Shown: positions 27,515 to 35,929 of the stretch, one piece after another | How positions within the stretch are numbered: the first letter of the stretch is position 1 | Layout: each line of letters opens with the position of its first letter | Source: Kiritimatiellia bacterium | GTDB taxonomy: Bacteria > Verrucomicrobiota > Kiritimatiellia > RFP12 > UBA1067 | Assembly (NCBI GenBank): GCA_050949565.1 | Contig: JBMNFY010000006.1 | Span: 96,001-160,000 of the forward strand | Direction of reading: 5' to 3' | DNA: 64,000 nt | The notes under the pieces: model-generated | Database searches by the model: none | What the model was told of the DNA's origin: nothing | What the model saw: only the letters and a program-made list of their open reading frames with translations | Position numbers and translations under genes: made by a program

Positions 27515-29266
27515 TTAGAACTGATACTGAAACGCCGCTTGCACGGAGAGCCAGTCGCGGTCTTTATAGAGCTGGTCGAAATCCGTGTTCCGCCGCGGGC
27601 GTCGGTCGTACCGGCTGAAACAAGGGCCGATATCGAGTTTGATGGCGGAGCGGATGCCCTGCCGACGCACGCCCAGTCCGGTCTGATAGGTTTTGAGCGG
27701 CGGCGCGGCGGCGTCATTGGCAACGCCGATGTCGACTTCACTCGTGTCTTCATAGTAGCGCCCAAACACGCCGGCGAACCAGATACCGCGCCAGTCCCGT
27801 TCAATCGCCGCGCTGATCGATTTGGCGGAAAACTTCGGCCTTTCCCTCGCGTAACTGACAGTCATCCGCGCGACCCAATCTTCCGCAAGCGCGTAATTGG
27901 CTGAGCCTTGCAGGGTTGTGCGTGTCTCCCGATCTGTAGTCTCATCAACCCGGCCTTCCAGCAACGTGCGGAGACGGCGCGTCAGCACGTTTTCAAACGA
28001 CAGACGGGCGCCGACCGTCTCATAGTCGTCGCGCAGTCTGACAAGCGGTGGTCCCCCTTGATATCCCGGCGAAACTTTGTCGTACTGATAGGAGACGCCC
28101 GCATCCATGAATCCGGCGTCGGGCAGGTATTCCCAGCGCAGGCTTGGCGACACGTTGCAGCCCCACGGATCGGCATCCCGGTATCCCAGGCGGTCCCTGA
28201 ATTTGAGGCGGTTGTATTCATCCATCCACAATGCGCGATAGGTTGAAAAGCCGTCGTAGGCGCCCCCGTCCAACTTCAGCGTGAGGGCGTCGTTCAGATC
28301 GGCGCCGACGCTTCCCTGAACGGCATAGTAATCTTCAGTCAATCGTTTGCGCCGTGTGCCGTCAATGTGCGTGGTTCTGAAATCCATCCAGGTCGGCCGA
28401 TACGAGACCGCCAGACTGAACTCAGAGGCCGGACGCTCCTGCCGGTACTCCGCCATGAAATCCGCGACGCGAATATCCGAGGCGAGCATTGCCGCCACAT
28501 CCAGCGTGGTCTCGTGAGTGACAAGGTCTGTCGTTTCCAACGGCGGCAGGGCACCACCGGGCTCCTGCGCGGTCTCGGCCGGAGCGCCGGTTGGGGCGCG
28601 CGGCGGTTCAGGTTTTCCGGTGATCGCATCGATCGCGCCGCGCAATTTTCGCAAGCCTTCGTACTTTTCCTGACGCAGCACGACCCGGGGCGTTGCAGCG
28701 CTGGGGCCTTTGGCAGTGGCATCAACGAGCACCAGATAGGGCAGGCTGGTACCGCCATACGCCTCCAGCAGGGTGCCTTCAGGATCATCCAGTACCATGC
28801 CCAGTTCGGTTTTTCGCAGGAACGCCTCCATGTCTGACTCGTCGGAGATCTCGCTGTTTATCGCGATGACCTGCACAGCAATACCGTGCGGATTGCCCGC
28901 GCGGGCCGCATAGTATTCCTGAATACCGGTTTCAAGCTCCCACGAAACGCGGACACAATCCCCGCAGTTGGCATTGAAAAAATCGAGCACAACAATTTGC
29001 CCGCGAAAGTCATTGAGGCTGACCTCTTCTCCCGTCTCCAACTGCGGGCGGGTGAAAGGCGGGGCAATTTCCTGTGCGCACAGCATGTCCGTTTTTAGCA
29101 ACGCCAACACCGATGCCACGAGCGTTATCGCAAGAGACTTTTGCAAAACCCTCTGCGCGCAGACGTGGCACGTGCATCCTGCCCGTGTTCCATGGGCGGG
29201 ACGCCCATGCCACGAAGGAGTTCGCAAGAGCCGCGCAAAAAAACGTTTCATCACAAACCATCGCAT
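27515..29266 (-). CDS. TlpA-like thioredoxin fused to an outer-membrane beta-barrel (DUF3570-like)
   Basis: LDFFNANCGDC CxxC motif and cis-Pro loop (SLPYLVLVD), Pro/Ala linker, amphipathic beta strands, terminal FQYQF; GGGGAG RBS. Confidence 0.75.
   Translation of the reverse strand: MRWFVMKRFFARLLRTPSWHGRPAHGTRAGCTCHVCAQRVLQKSLAITLVASVLALLKTDMLCAQEIAPPFTRPQLETGEEVSLNDFRGQIVVLDFFNANCGDCVRVSWELETGIQEYYAARAGNPHGIAVQVIAINSEISDESDMEAFLRKTELGMVLDDPEGTLLEAYGGTSLPYLVLVDATAKGPSAATPRVVLRQEKYEGLRKLRGAIDAITGKPEPPRAPTGAPAETAQEPGGALPPLETTDLVTHETTLDVAAMLASDIRVADFMAEYRQERPASEFSLAVSYRPTWMDFRTTHIDGTRRKRLTEDYYAVQGSVGADLNDALTLKLDGGAYDGFSTYRALWMDEYNRLKFRDRLGYRDADPWGCNVSPSLRWEYLPDAGFMDAGVSYQYDKVSPGYQGGPPLVRLRDDYETVGARLSFENVLTRRLRTLLEGRVDETTDRETRTTLQGSANYALAEDWVARMTVSYARERPKFSAKSISAAIERDWRGIWFAGVFGRYYEDTSEVDIGVANDAAAPPLKTYQTGLGVRRQGIRSAIKLDIGPCFSRYDRRPRRNTDFDQLYKDRDWLSVQAAFQYQF
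29134..29234. repeat. Repeat family A element located inside the 5' coding region of the gene above
   Basis: Reverse copy of 961-1060 and 45164-45265. Confidence 0.9.
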
Positions 29267-29281
29267 GTCGGACTCCCCAAT

Positions 29282-29563
29282 TTACAGACTGCACGCAGAA
29301 CACGCGCCGCCGCTTGATTGACCGCCCACCGATGAGGCCGAGCTGGATTCAAACTGTGTGAGCAACCGGTTCAGCGGGTTAAACATCGGTGCTTTCTGGA
29401 ATTGCATGTTGGGTTTAGAGACCAGCCGCTGCTGCTCAGCGGGCACATGCGCACATCCCGCCAGCATCAGGGTGACACCCATCAGCACTGCCACCGAACA
29501 GCAGATACGCCGGCGCGGGTCTTTGCCTCGTATTTCGGTTTTGTGCGTGTAATAATCAGCCAT
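29282..29563 (-). CDS. DUF4266-like small lipoprotein
   Basis: LAGC lipobox, SKPNMQF, Gly-rich C-terminus GGACSAC; GGAG RBS. Confidence 0.75.
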   Translation of the reverse strand: MADYYTHKTEIRGKDPRRRICCSVAVLMGVTLMLAGCAHVPAEQQRLVSKPNMQFQKAPMFNPLNRLLTQFESSSASSVGGQSSGGACSACSL

Positions 29564-29733
29564 CGACAATTCTCCATGACACTTTCAACTGCGTCCAAAA
29601 CAAAAAAACAATCATTTCATATTCTGTGTCATTCGTCCATGAGTTTGTTTGGGACCGCGCGATCGCGGTTGGTGAAATCCTTGTTTAAAAACGACACTTG
29701 TTCAAAGGGTCTGAACGTGGCAATATGGTGAAC

Positions 29734-29823
29734 ATGAATAGCTTGAACGTCCGGACGGAGCTTGTCGAGGCGATCCGGCTTGATCTCGTCGGATCCGTGA
29801 ATTTTTCATATCACCCAGGGTAA
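29734..29823 (+). pseudogene. 29-codon ORF resembling the extreme N-terminus of a DISARM DrmA-type helicase (possible relic)
   Basis: MNSLNVRTELVEAIRLDLVGS; resemblance recalled from memory, not from a search. Confidence 0.3.
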
Positions 29824-29826
29824 CCC

Positions 29827-31044
29827 ATGACCATCTCCCACAAAAACATCCTCATCGCATGCATTTTTCTGGCTGTGTCGTGCTTGGTACCGGATGCGAG
29901 GGCGGCGACGCCTGAGGTCATGGTTTACGACAGCGCCCCTCCGGTAGCCTCGCGCCTGTCTCCGGCCAGTTCCAACATATTCGTTCTGCCGGGGGCATCA
30001 CAGACCTTCACGGTGCGCGGAACGGATGTCAACGGCGACCTGCGCGGTGTGGAGTGGTATGTGAATGGCACACAAAAGGTCAGCCGCTTGACGCTATCAG
30101 GCGGCGAGGCGAATGATGTCTGGAGTTATACGTTTCCGGAGGCGGGCACATACACGGTCGAGGCCCGTGTTTTCGATTCACTCGGTGCCTATTCCAGTCC
30201 GTCTGCCCAGTGGAGCGTGACCATTCAGCCGCGCTCGCGCGGCATGTATGTGGATAGGGTTAATCAGATTCTCAGTAACCCGGACTTGACGGTGGCTCTA
30301 CTGGAGTATGCCAAGCGCAATGCCATCACGTACCTGGTGCTCTATGTGGGAGGCTACCCGCTGGGAGCGAGTATGGATGCTTTCGTGCAACTTGCAAAAT
30401 CCACCTGCGGTGTAAAAGAGATTGGCTTTATTGGCGGCCGTACGGCGGACTTCGATGCCTTCCAAAGTTACAACAGTTCGTACGTAGGAAAGGCCGACGT
30501 CTTTAACCTTGAGTATGAGTTCTGGAATCACACACCGCGCGATTTTGATCAATTCAAGACGCTGCTTCAACATATGCGGATAGCAAGCGCCCCCTCTTCC
30601 GCGAAGGTGGAGACCTATATCGGGTGGCCTACAGACGCTGAGATTGTGGAGCTGGCCGGACTCGTTGACCGGCTTTTGCTGCATTGTTATGTCCGCACCC
30701 CCTCAAACGCCTATAATTATGCCAAGTCCCGGCTGTATGCGCTCAGCGGGGGGCCATTGAACCTGACGATCTGGCCTATCTTTTCGGCGGAGTCTTCGAG
30801 CTATTATGCGGATCAGCCATTCATGGGCGATTGGCTGGTGTCGCATAGTTTCAACGAGGCCGAAGCGATCTTCATGGACGCCTACAATGACGACACGGAT
30901 GCCCGCAAGTGTGAGGGTGGCGTATCTGGCTTTCAGTATTACTCGTACGACTACATCCGCAAAATCATCAAGGACAAGCGAGGGGTTTCGCTTTCGATTA
31001 CGACGGACCGATCTTGCGCACTTTCGACGGCCTCAAGATACTGA
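29827..31044 (+). CDS. Hypothetical exported protein: Ig/PKD-like domain plus putative TIM-barrel domain; lower-GC codon usage
   Basis: Signal peptide, WYVNG...YTFPEAGTYTVEARVFD, RGMYVD, FNLEYEFWN. Confidence 0.7.
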   Translation: MTISHKNILIACIFLAVSCLVPDARAATPEVMVYDSAPPVASRLSPASSNIFVLPGASQTFTVRGTDVNGDLRGVEWYVNGTQKVSRLTLSGGEANDVWSYTFPEAGTYTVEARVFDSLGAYSSPSAQWSVTIQPRSRGMYVDRVNQILSNPDLTVALLEYAKRNAITYLVLYVGGYPLGASMDAFVQLAKSTCGVKEIGFIGGRTADFDAFQSYNSSYVGKADVFNLEYEFWNHTPRDFDQFKTLLQHMRIASAPSSAKVETYIGWPTDAEIVELAGLVDRLLLHCYVRTPSNAYNYAKSRLYALSGGPLNLTIWPIFSAESSSYYADQPFMGDWLVSHSFNEAEAIFMDAYNDDTDARKCEGGVSGFQYYSYDYIRKIIKDKRGVSLSITTDRSCALSTASRY

Positions 31045-31072
31045 CGCGGGCAAAGCCCGCAACCCGATTCGA

Positions 31073-31170
31073 TTTCACACAAAGGTCACAAAGGCCACAA
31101 AGTTTTCCATTGTTGCGCGCCACTCAGATGCCACCCTCCAACCTTCGCGTCTTTGCGCCTTCGCGTGAAA
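31073..31170. repeat. Inverted pair of nonamer arrays (CACAAAGGT / CTTCGCGTC)
   Basis: TTTCAC...GTGAAA ends; same architecture as 37982-38066. Confidence 0.8.
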
Positions 31171-31300
31171 CAACCGGGCAGCGCTTTTACTCTCACGATC
31201 GCGAGCCGCTGCATGGTCGCAATATCGGGAAGCATGCTTGCGGGTATACGCTAAAAAAGATATAGTCTTTCCATTCATTTTTTGAGCAAGGCAAACTATT

Positions 31301-32422
31301 GTGATTGAATTTGATGTTGTAAAAGAACGTCTGGGGACGATGCACGAGGGGCTCGCGGAGATGCGCGGCTATCTGGACGTCGACAACCGTCGTACCATTC
31401 TTGGTGAACTCGAAGCGCGTGCGGCACAGCCTGATTTTTGGGATGACCAGAACGCCGCCAAGGAGGTTATCGGCAAGACGAATGCCCAACGCGCGTTTGT
31501 GAAGCCTTTTGATGAACTGACGCGCCTCATTGAGGATGGCGAGGTGATGCTCGAACTGGCGGAGGCGGAAGACGAGGGCGAGCAGCGGCAACAGGCCTTG
31601 GCTGACTTGGAGCAGACGCTTGACCGGGCCGACGTGATGATGGCGAAGTTGCGGATGCAGTCGCTGCTCGGCGGCAAGCTGGATGCCTGCAACGCCTATC
31701 TCACGCTCCATTCCGGCGCGGGCGGAACGGAGTCCTGCGACTGGGCCGATATGCTCTTCCGGATGTACCGGATGTACTGTGAGGACAATGGCTTCGAGGT
31801 CGAGGTGCTCGATTTTCAGCCGGGAGACGAGGCGGGGATCAAGTCGGTTACGTTCTTGGTCTCCGGGTCGTATGCCTATGGGTATCTGAAAGCGGAGCGC
31901 GGCGTACACCGTCTGGTGCGCATCAGCCCGTTCGACGCCAACAAACGGCGTCACACCTCTTTCGTGTCGCTGGATGTGGTCGCCGAACTGTCGGACGAGA
32001 TCGAGGTGGAAATCCGGGACGAGGATCTGCGGATCGACACCTACCGGTCGGGCGGCGCGGGCGGCCAGCATGTGAACAAGACCGACTCGGCGGTGCGGTT
32101 GACCCACTTGGAGACCGGCATCGTGGTGGCCGTGCAATCGGAACGTTCGCAACACAAGAACAAGTCCAGGGCCATGAGCATGCTGAAGGCCAAGTTGTAC
32201 GAGTATTACGAGGACAAGAAGCGCAAGGAGATGGAGCGCTTTTACGGTGAAAAGGGCGAGATCGCGTGGGGTAGCCAGATCCGCTCCTATGTCTTTCAGC
32301 CGTACACGATGGTGAAGGATCACCGCACGGATGAACAGACGTCAAACGTGCAGGCGGTGATGGACGGGCAGATCCAGCCATTCATTGAGGCGTATCTTAG
32401 GCAGAATGCCCAAAAGGCGTAA
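31301..32422 (+). CDS. prfB: Peptide chain release factor 2 (continuous ORF)
   Basis: SPF recognition motif (RISPFD), SGGAGGQHVN, WGSQIRSY; GTG start. Confidence 0.95.
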   Translation: MIEFDVVKERLGTMHEGLAEMRGYLDVDNRRTILGELEARAAQPDFWDDQNAAKEVIGKTNAQRAFVKPFDELTRLIEDGEVMLELAEAEDEGEQRQQALADLEQTLDRADVMMAKLRMQSLLGGKLDACNAYLTLHSGAGGTESCDWADMLFRMYRMYCEDNGFEVEVLDFQPGDEAGIKSVTFLVSGSYAYGYLKAERGVHRLVRISPFDANKRRHTSFVSLDVVAELSDEIEVEIRDEDLRIDTYRSGGAGGQHVNKTDSAVRLTHLETGIVVAVQSERSQHKNKSRAMSMLKAKLYEYYEDKKRKEMERFYGEKGEIAWGSQIRSYVFQPYTMVKDHRTDEQTSNVQAVMDGQIQPFIEAYLRQNAQKA

Positions 32423-32450
32423 TCACGACATGAGGAAAGGTGGCGTGCAA

Positions 32451-33761
32451 ATGACGATTGAGCAGGCAAAGAAGGTGTTGGCGAAGGCGGACCAGACGCA
32501 TGTGTTGCGTTTTTGGGATACGCTCAACGCCGCGGAGCGCGATGCGCTGCTGGCACAGATCAACGAGATCGATTTCAATGAAGTCGCCCGCATGCAGCGC
32601 ATGCTGACCGACAAAAGCACTGCGGCTGCCGTGACCCCGCGTCCGGCACCGGTCACGAAGTGGACCCGCCGCAAGTACGATGAAGCGTTTGCTGTCGGCG
32701 AGGAGCAGTTGCGTAGGGGGCGTGTGGCGGTTCTGCTGGTGGCGGGCGGCCAGGGGTCGCGGCTGGGGTACGATGGGCCGAAGGGCGCGTACGGGATCGG
32801 TCCGGTCTCGGACATGCCGCTTTTCTACTTCCACGCGCGCAAGATCGTCAGGCTCATTCACCTGTACGGCAAACCCGTGCCGTTCTACATCATGACGAGC
32901 GACGTGAACGATGCCGCGACGCGCGCTTGTTTTGAGGATTACGACTACTTCGGGCTGAATCCGGAGGACGTGATTTTCTTCAAGCAGGGGGTGTGGCCTG
33001 CATTGGATGCCGAAGGGCGCTTGATACTCGAAGCGCCGGGGCGGATATTTGTCAGTCCGGACGGCCATGGCGGCACGTTGACCGCGCTCGCCAAAAATGG
33101 CTGTTTGGATGATATGACCGCGCGGGGCATCCGCAGCGTCTTCTATTTCCAGGTGGACAACCCGCTGGTGGATATCGCCGATCCTGCTTTCATTGGTCTT
33201 CACATGTTGCAGAGCGCCGAGTTGTCGTTGAAGCTCTGTCTCAAGAGTTCGCCGACGGAGAAGATGGGCCAGGTCACGTTGCTCGACAACGGACGCATCG
33301 GCATGATCGAGTATTCTGAGTTGACGCCGAAGCAGGCTGCGCGCTTCAAGTATGGCAGCCCGGCGATCCATGTTTTCTCGCTGGCGTTTCTGAAACGCAT
33401 GGCGCGCAAAGACATGCCGCTGCATCTGGCGCACAAGAAAATTCCCTGCGTGAATGATGCGGGACGTCCGGTCACGCCGAAGGAGCCGAACGGCTACAAG
33501 TTTGAGAAGTTCATTTTCGATGTGCTGCCCGATGCGCGCAAGGTGGTCTGTCTGGCGTTCGACCGGGATGACGAGTTCTCGCCGGTCAAGAACGCGACCG
33601 GTGATGATTCGCCGGCGACGTGCCGCATGGCGTTGCAGGCGAAGTGGCGGCGTTGGCTCGCGGAAGCGGGCGTGACGGTGCCGGAGTCGATCCCAGTCGA
33701 GATTGATCCGGCCATCGCCAACGGTGCGGACGAATTGAAGCAGGGCCTGATTTTTGGATAG
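32451..33761 (+). CDS. UDPGP type-1 family pyrophosphorylase (UDP-GlcNAc pyrophosphorylase-like)
   Basis: AGGQGSRLG..GPKG, PDGHGG, QVDN, IEYSE, KFEKFIFD, EFSPVKN. Confidence 0.9.
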   Translation: MTIEQAKKVLAKADQTHVLRFWDTLNAAERDALLAQINEIDFNEVARMQRMLTDKSTAAAVTPRPAPVTKWTRRKYDEAFAVGEEQLRRGRVAVLLVAGGQGSRLGYDGPKGAYGIGPVSDMPLFYFHARKIVRLIHLYGKPVPFYIMTSDVNDAATRACFEDYDYFGLNPEDVIFFKQGVWPALDAEGRLILEAPGRIFVSPDGHGGTLTALAKNGCLDDMTARGIRSVFYFQVDNPLVDIADPAFIGLHMLQSAELSLKLCLKSSPTEKMGQVTLLDNGRIGMIEYSELTPKQAARFKYGSPAIHVFSLAFLKRMARKDMPLHLAHKKIPCVNDAGRPVTPKEPNGYKFEKFIFDVLPDARKVVCLAFDRDDEFSPVKNATGDDSPATCRMALQAKWRRWLAEAGVTVPESIPVEIDPAIANGADELKQGLIFG

Positions 33762-33775
33762 GAAGAAAGGGGTTT

Positions 33776-35344
33776 ATGAGACCAGTTGTTTTGATTATTC
33801 GTGATGGATGGGGGATCAACCCCCGTGAAGAAGGAAATGCTGTTTTTGCCGCGCAGACGCCGGTCATCGACCGCCTGAAGGCGCGCTATCCGTGGACGCG
33901 CCTGGCGTGCAGCGGCGAGGCGGTGGGCCTGCCCGACGGTTATCAGGGCTCCAGCGAGGTTGGCCACCTTAACATGGGCGCGGGGCGCGTGGTGATCCAG
34001 GAGTTGAAGCGCATTGATGACGGCCTGAGCACCGGCGAGTTGTTCACCTCGCCGAAGTGGGAAGGGCTGATTGCAAATTGGAAGCAGAACAACAGCACGT
34101 TGCACTTCATGGGGCTGTTGCAGGATGAGGGCGTGCATGCGCATCAGGAGCATCTGTTCAAGCTGATGCGGCGCGCGCGCAGTGAGTTCCCCGAGGGACG
34201 CATCGTGATCCATCCGTTCCTGGATGGCCGCGATACGCCGCCACGCAGTACGCTGGAGTATATCGCGCGCTTGCAGCAGGAGATGGACGCGGTCGGCAAT
34301 TGCGTCATTGGCACGGTTCAGGGGCGGTACTACGCCATGGATCGCTCCAAGAATTACGGGCTCACCGACATCGCCTATGCGTGTCTCGTCGGAGCGGAAG
34401 GCCGCGCGGCGGCGAGTGCTGTCGAGGCGGTGCAGGAGTCGTACGACAAAGATCAGACGCCGGACAAGACGCCGATGGTGGATGAGTACATCCCGCCGTA
34501 CGTCATCGCCGGGTATGCGGGCATGAAGGACGGCGATTCGGTGATGCACGTCAACTACCGTCAGGATCGCGCGATCCAGTTGACGCAGGCGTTTGTCTGC
34601 GATGATTACCAAGGTACACGCAAGGTGCGGCCGCGCCTCACATACTTGGGGTTCACCCGCTATTGGGACGCGTTCAAAGATTATCTGTTGGGCGCCATGG
34701 GCGGGGACGGCGGGATGGACAACCTGCTGGGCGAGGTGATCTCGAAGGCGGGCTTGCGTCAGCTCCGGATCGCGGAGACGCAGAAGTTCCGCCACGTGAC
34801 CAGTTTCTTCAACGGCAAATCCGTCCTGCCGTACGAGGGCGAAGAGCAGGTGGACGTGCCGAGCCGTTTCGATCCGGCGACCTTTGCGAGTCATCCTGAA
34901 ATGGACGCCTACAACGTGACCGAGGAGCTGTTGCGCCGCTTGCAGGACAATCCCTATGCGTTTGTCGCCGTGAACTATGCCAACTGTGACATGGTCGGGC
35001 ATACGGGCGATCCCGATGCGGCGCGACGGGCGGTCGAGGTGGTGGACGAGTGTATCGGCAAGTTGCTGCCGCGTCTGTTTGAATTGGACGCGCACATTCT
35101 GATCACGGCGGACCACGGCAATGCGGAGCAGATGAAAGATTACGCGACCGGCATGGTGAAGACCAGCCACACGCTCAATGACGTCGAGTGCCTCTACGTT
35201 GCGAAGGATGCGCCCGGCGTGACGCTTGTCCCGTCCGGCAAGCTGTGTGACATCGCGCCGACCGTGCTGACATTGTTGGGGTTGGATGTTCCTTGTGAGA
35301 TGACGGCACGTTCGCTCATTGCGGAACGGCCAGATTTGCCATGA
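33776..35344 (+). CDS. gpmI: 2,3-bisphosphoglycerate-independent phosphoglycerate mutase
   Basis: RDGWG, GSSEVGH, DGRDT, GRYYAMDR, AETQKFRHVT, DMVGHTG, TADHGNAE. Confidence 0.95.
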   Translation: MRPVVLIIRDGWGINPREEGNAVFAAQTPVIDRLKARYPWTRLACSGEAVGLPDGYQGSSEVGHLNMGAGRVVIQELKRIDDGLSTGELFTSPKWEGLIANWKQNNSTLHFMGLLQDEGVHAHQEHLFKLMRRARSEFPEGRIVIHPFLDGRDTPPRSTLEYIARLQQEMDAVGNCVIGTVQGRYYAMDRSKNYGLTDIAYACLVGAEGRAAASAVEAVQESYDKDQTPDKTPMVDEYIPPYVIAGYAGMKDGDSVMHVNYRQDRAIQLTQAFVCDDYQGTRKVRPRLTYLGFTRYWDAFKDYLLGAMGGDGGMDNLLGEVISKAGLRQLRIAETQKFRHVTSFFNGKSVLPYEGEEQVDVPSRFDPATFASHPEMDAYNVTEELLRRLQDNPYAFVAVNYANCDMVGHTGDPDAARRAVEVVDECIGKLLPRLFELDAHILITADHGNAEQMKDYATGMVKTSHTLNDVECLYVAKDAPGVTLVPSGKLCDIAPTVLTLLGLDVPCEMTARSLIAERPDLP

Positions 35345-35891
35345 TTGACATGATTGGGATGCTGTACGCGGCGTGGCGGCAAAATTTGGAGTGCGGTGAC
35401 AAGAGCCGCGCTGTGCGCGGGTCGCGGCACCGCTTTCTCTCCGCGCCGTACGCGGAGACACACTTAGTCTCAACACCCAGTCGATTGCCCCAGCGACGAA
35501 GTGTAGGGACGAAGCGTAACCGACGAAGTGTTTCGACGAAGCGTGCCTTGCGCTTTCTGGTTTTATCCACAGATTTACGCAGATTTTTCTTTTTTGTCTT
35601 TGACCGCAGGATGGGAGGGACGAGCGTCTGCTCGTCCGCGGGTAAGCAGACGCTTGCCCCTCCCGGCGCTCCGCGCGCCTGGATGCCGTACACGTTCACA
35701 GCGCAGCGGTTCGCGTGCATGGGCAGTTCCGCCCATGAAACACGGGCAAGATGCCCGTGCCACACCTCTGCGCCTCTGCGTCTCTGCGTTAAAAAAACGC
35801 TCAACTTTTTGCGGGCGGGGACGCCCGCGCTCCCGACTGCGTACACACAAAACACGCACTCGACTCGCATGCTCCCTGTCGCTAACCGATT
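35341..35891. repeat. Large mosaic cassette: nonamer, D (35385-35436), K (~35459-35546), nonamer, B (35599-35716), A core (~35717-35763), nonamer-like CTCTGCG units, heptamer, C plus H (35811-35891)
   Basis: Most blocks have a second copy elsewhere in the window; 35599-35716 matches the reverse complement of 56347-56464 over 118 nt. Confidence 0.9.
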
Positions 35892-35929
35892 GTTTGTGAA
35901 CCGCCTAACAAGAGAAGGGGGAAATTGTT

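Noticed and set aside
33494-35476. 660-aa minus-strand ORF
   Set aside because: Antisense shadow of gpmI and the pyrophosphorylase gene; no motifs; expected with GC-rich codon usage
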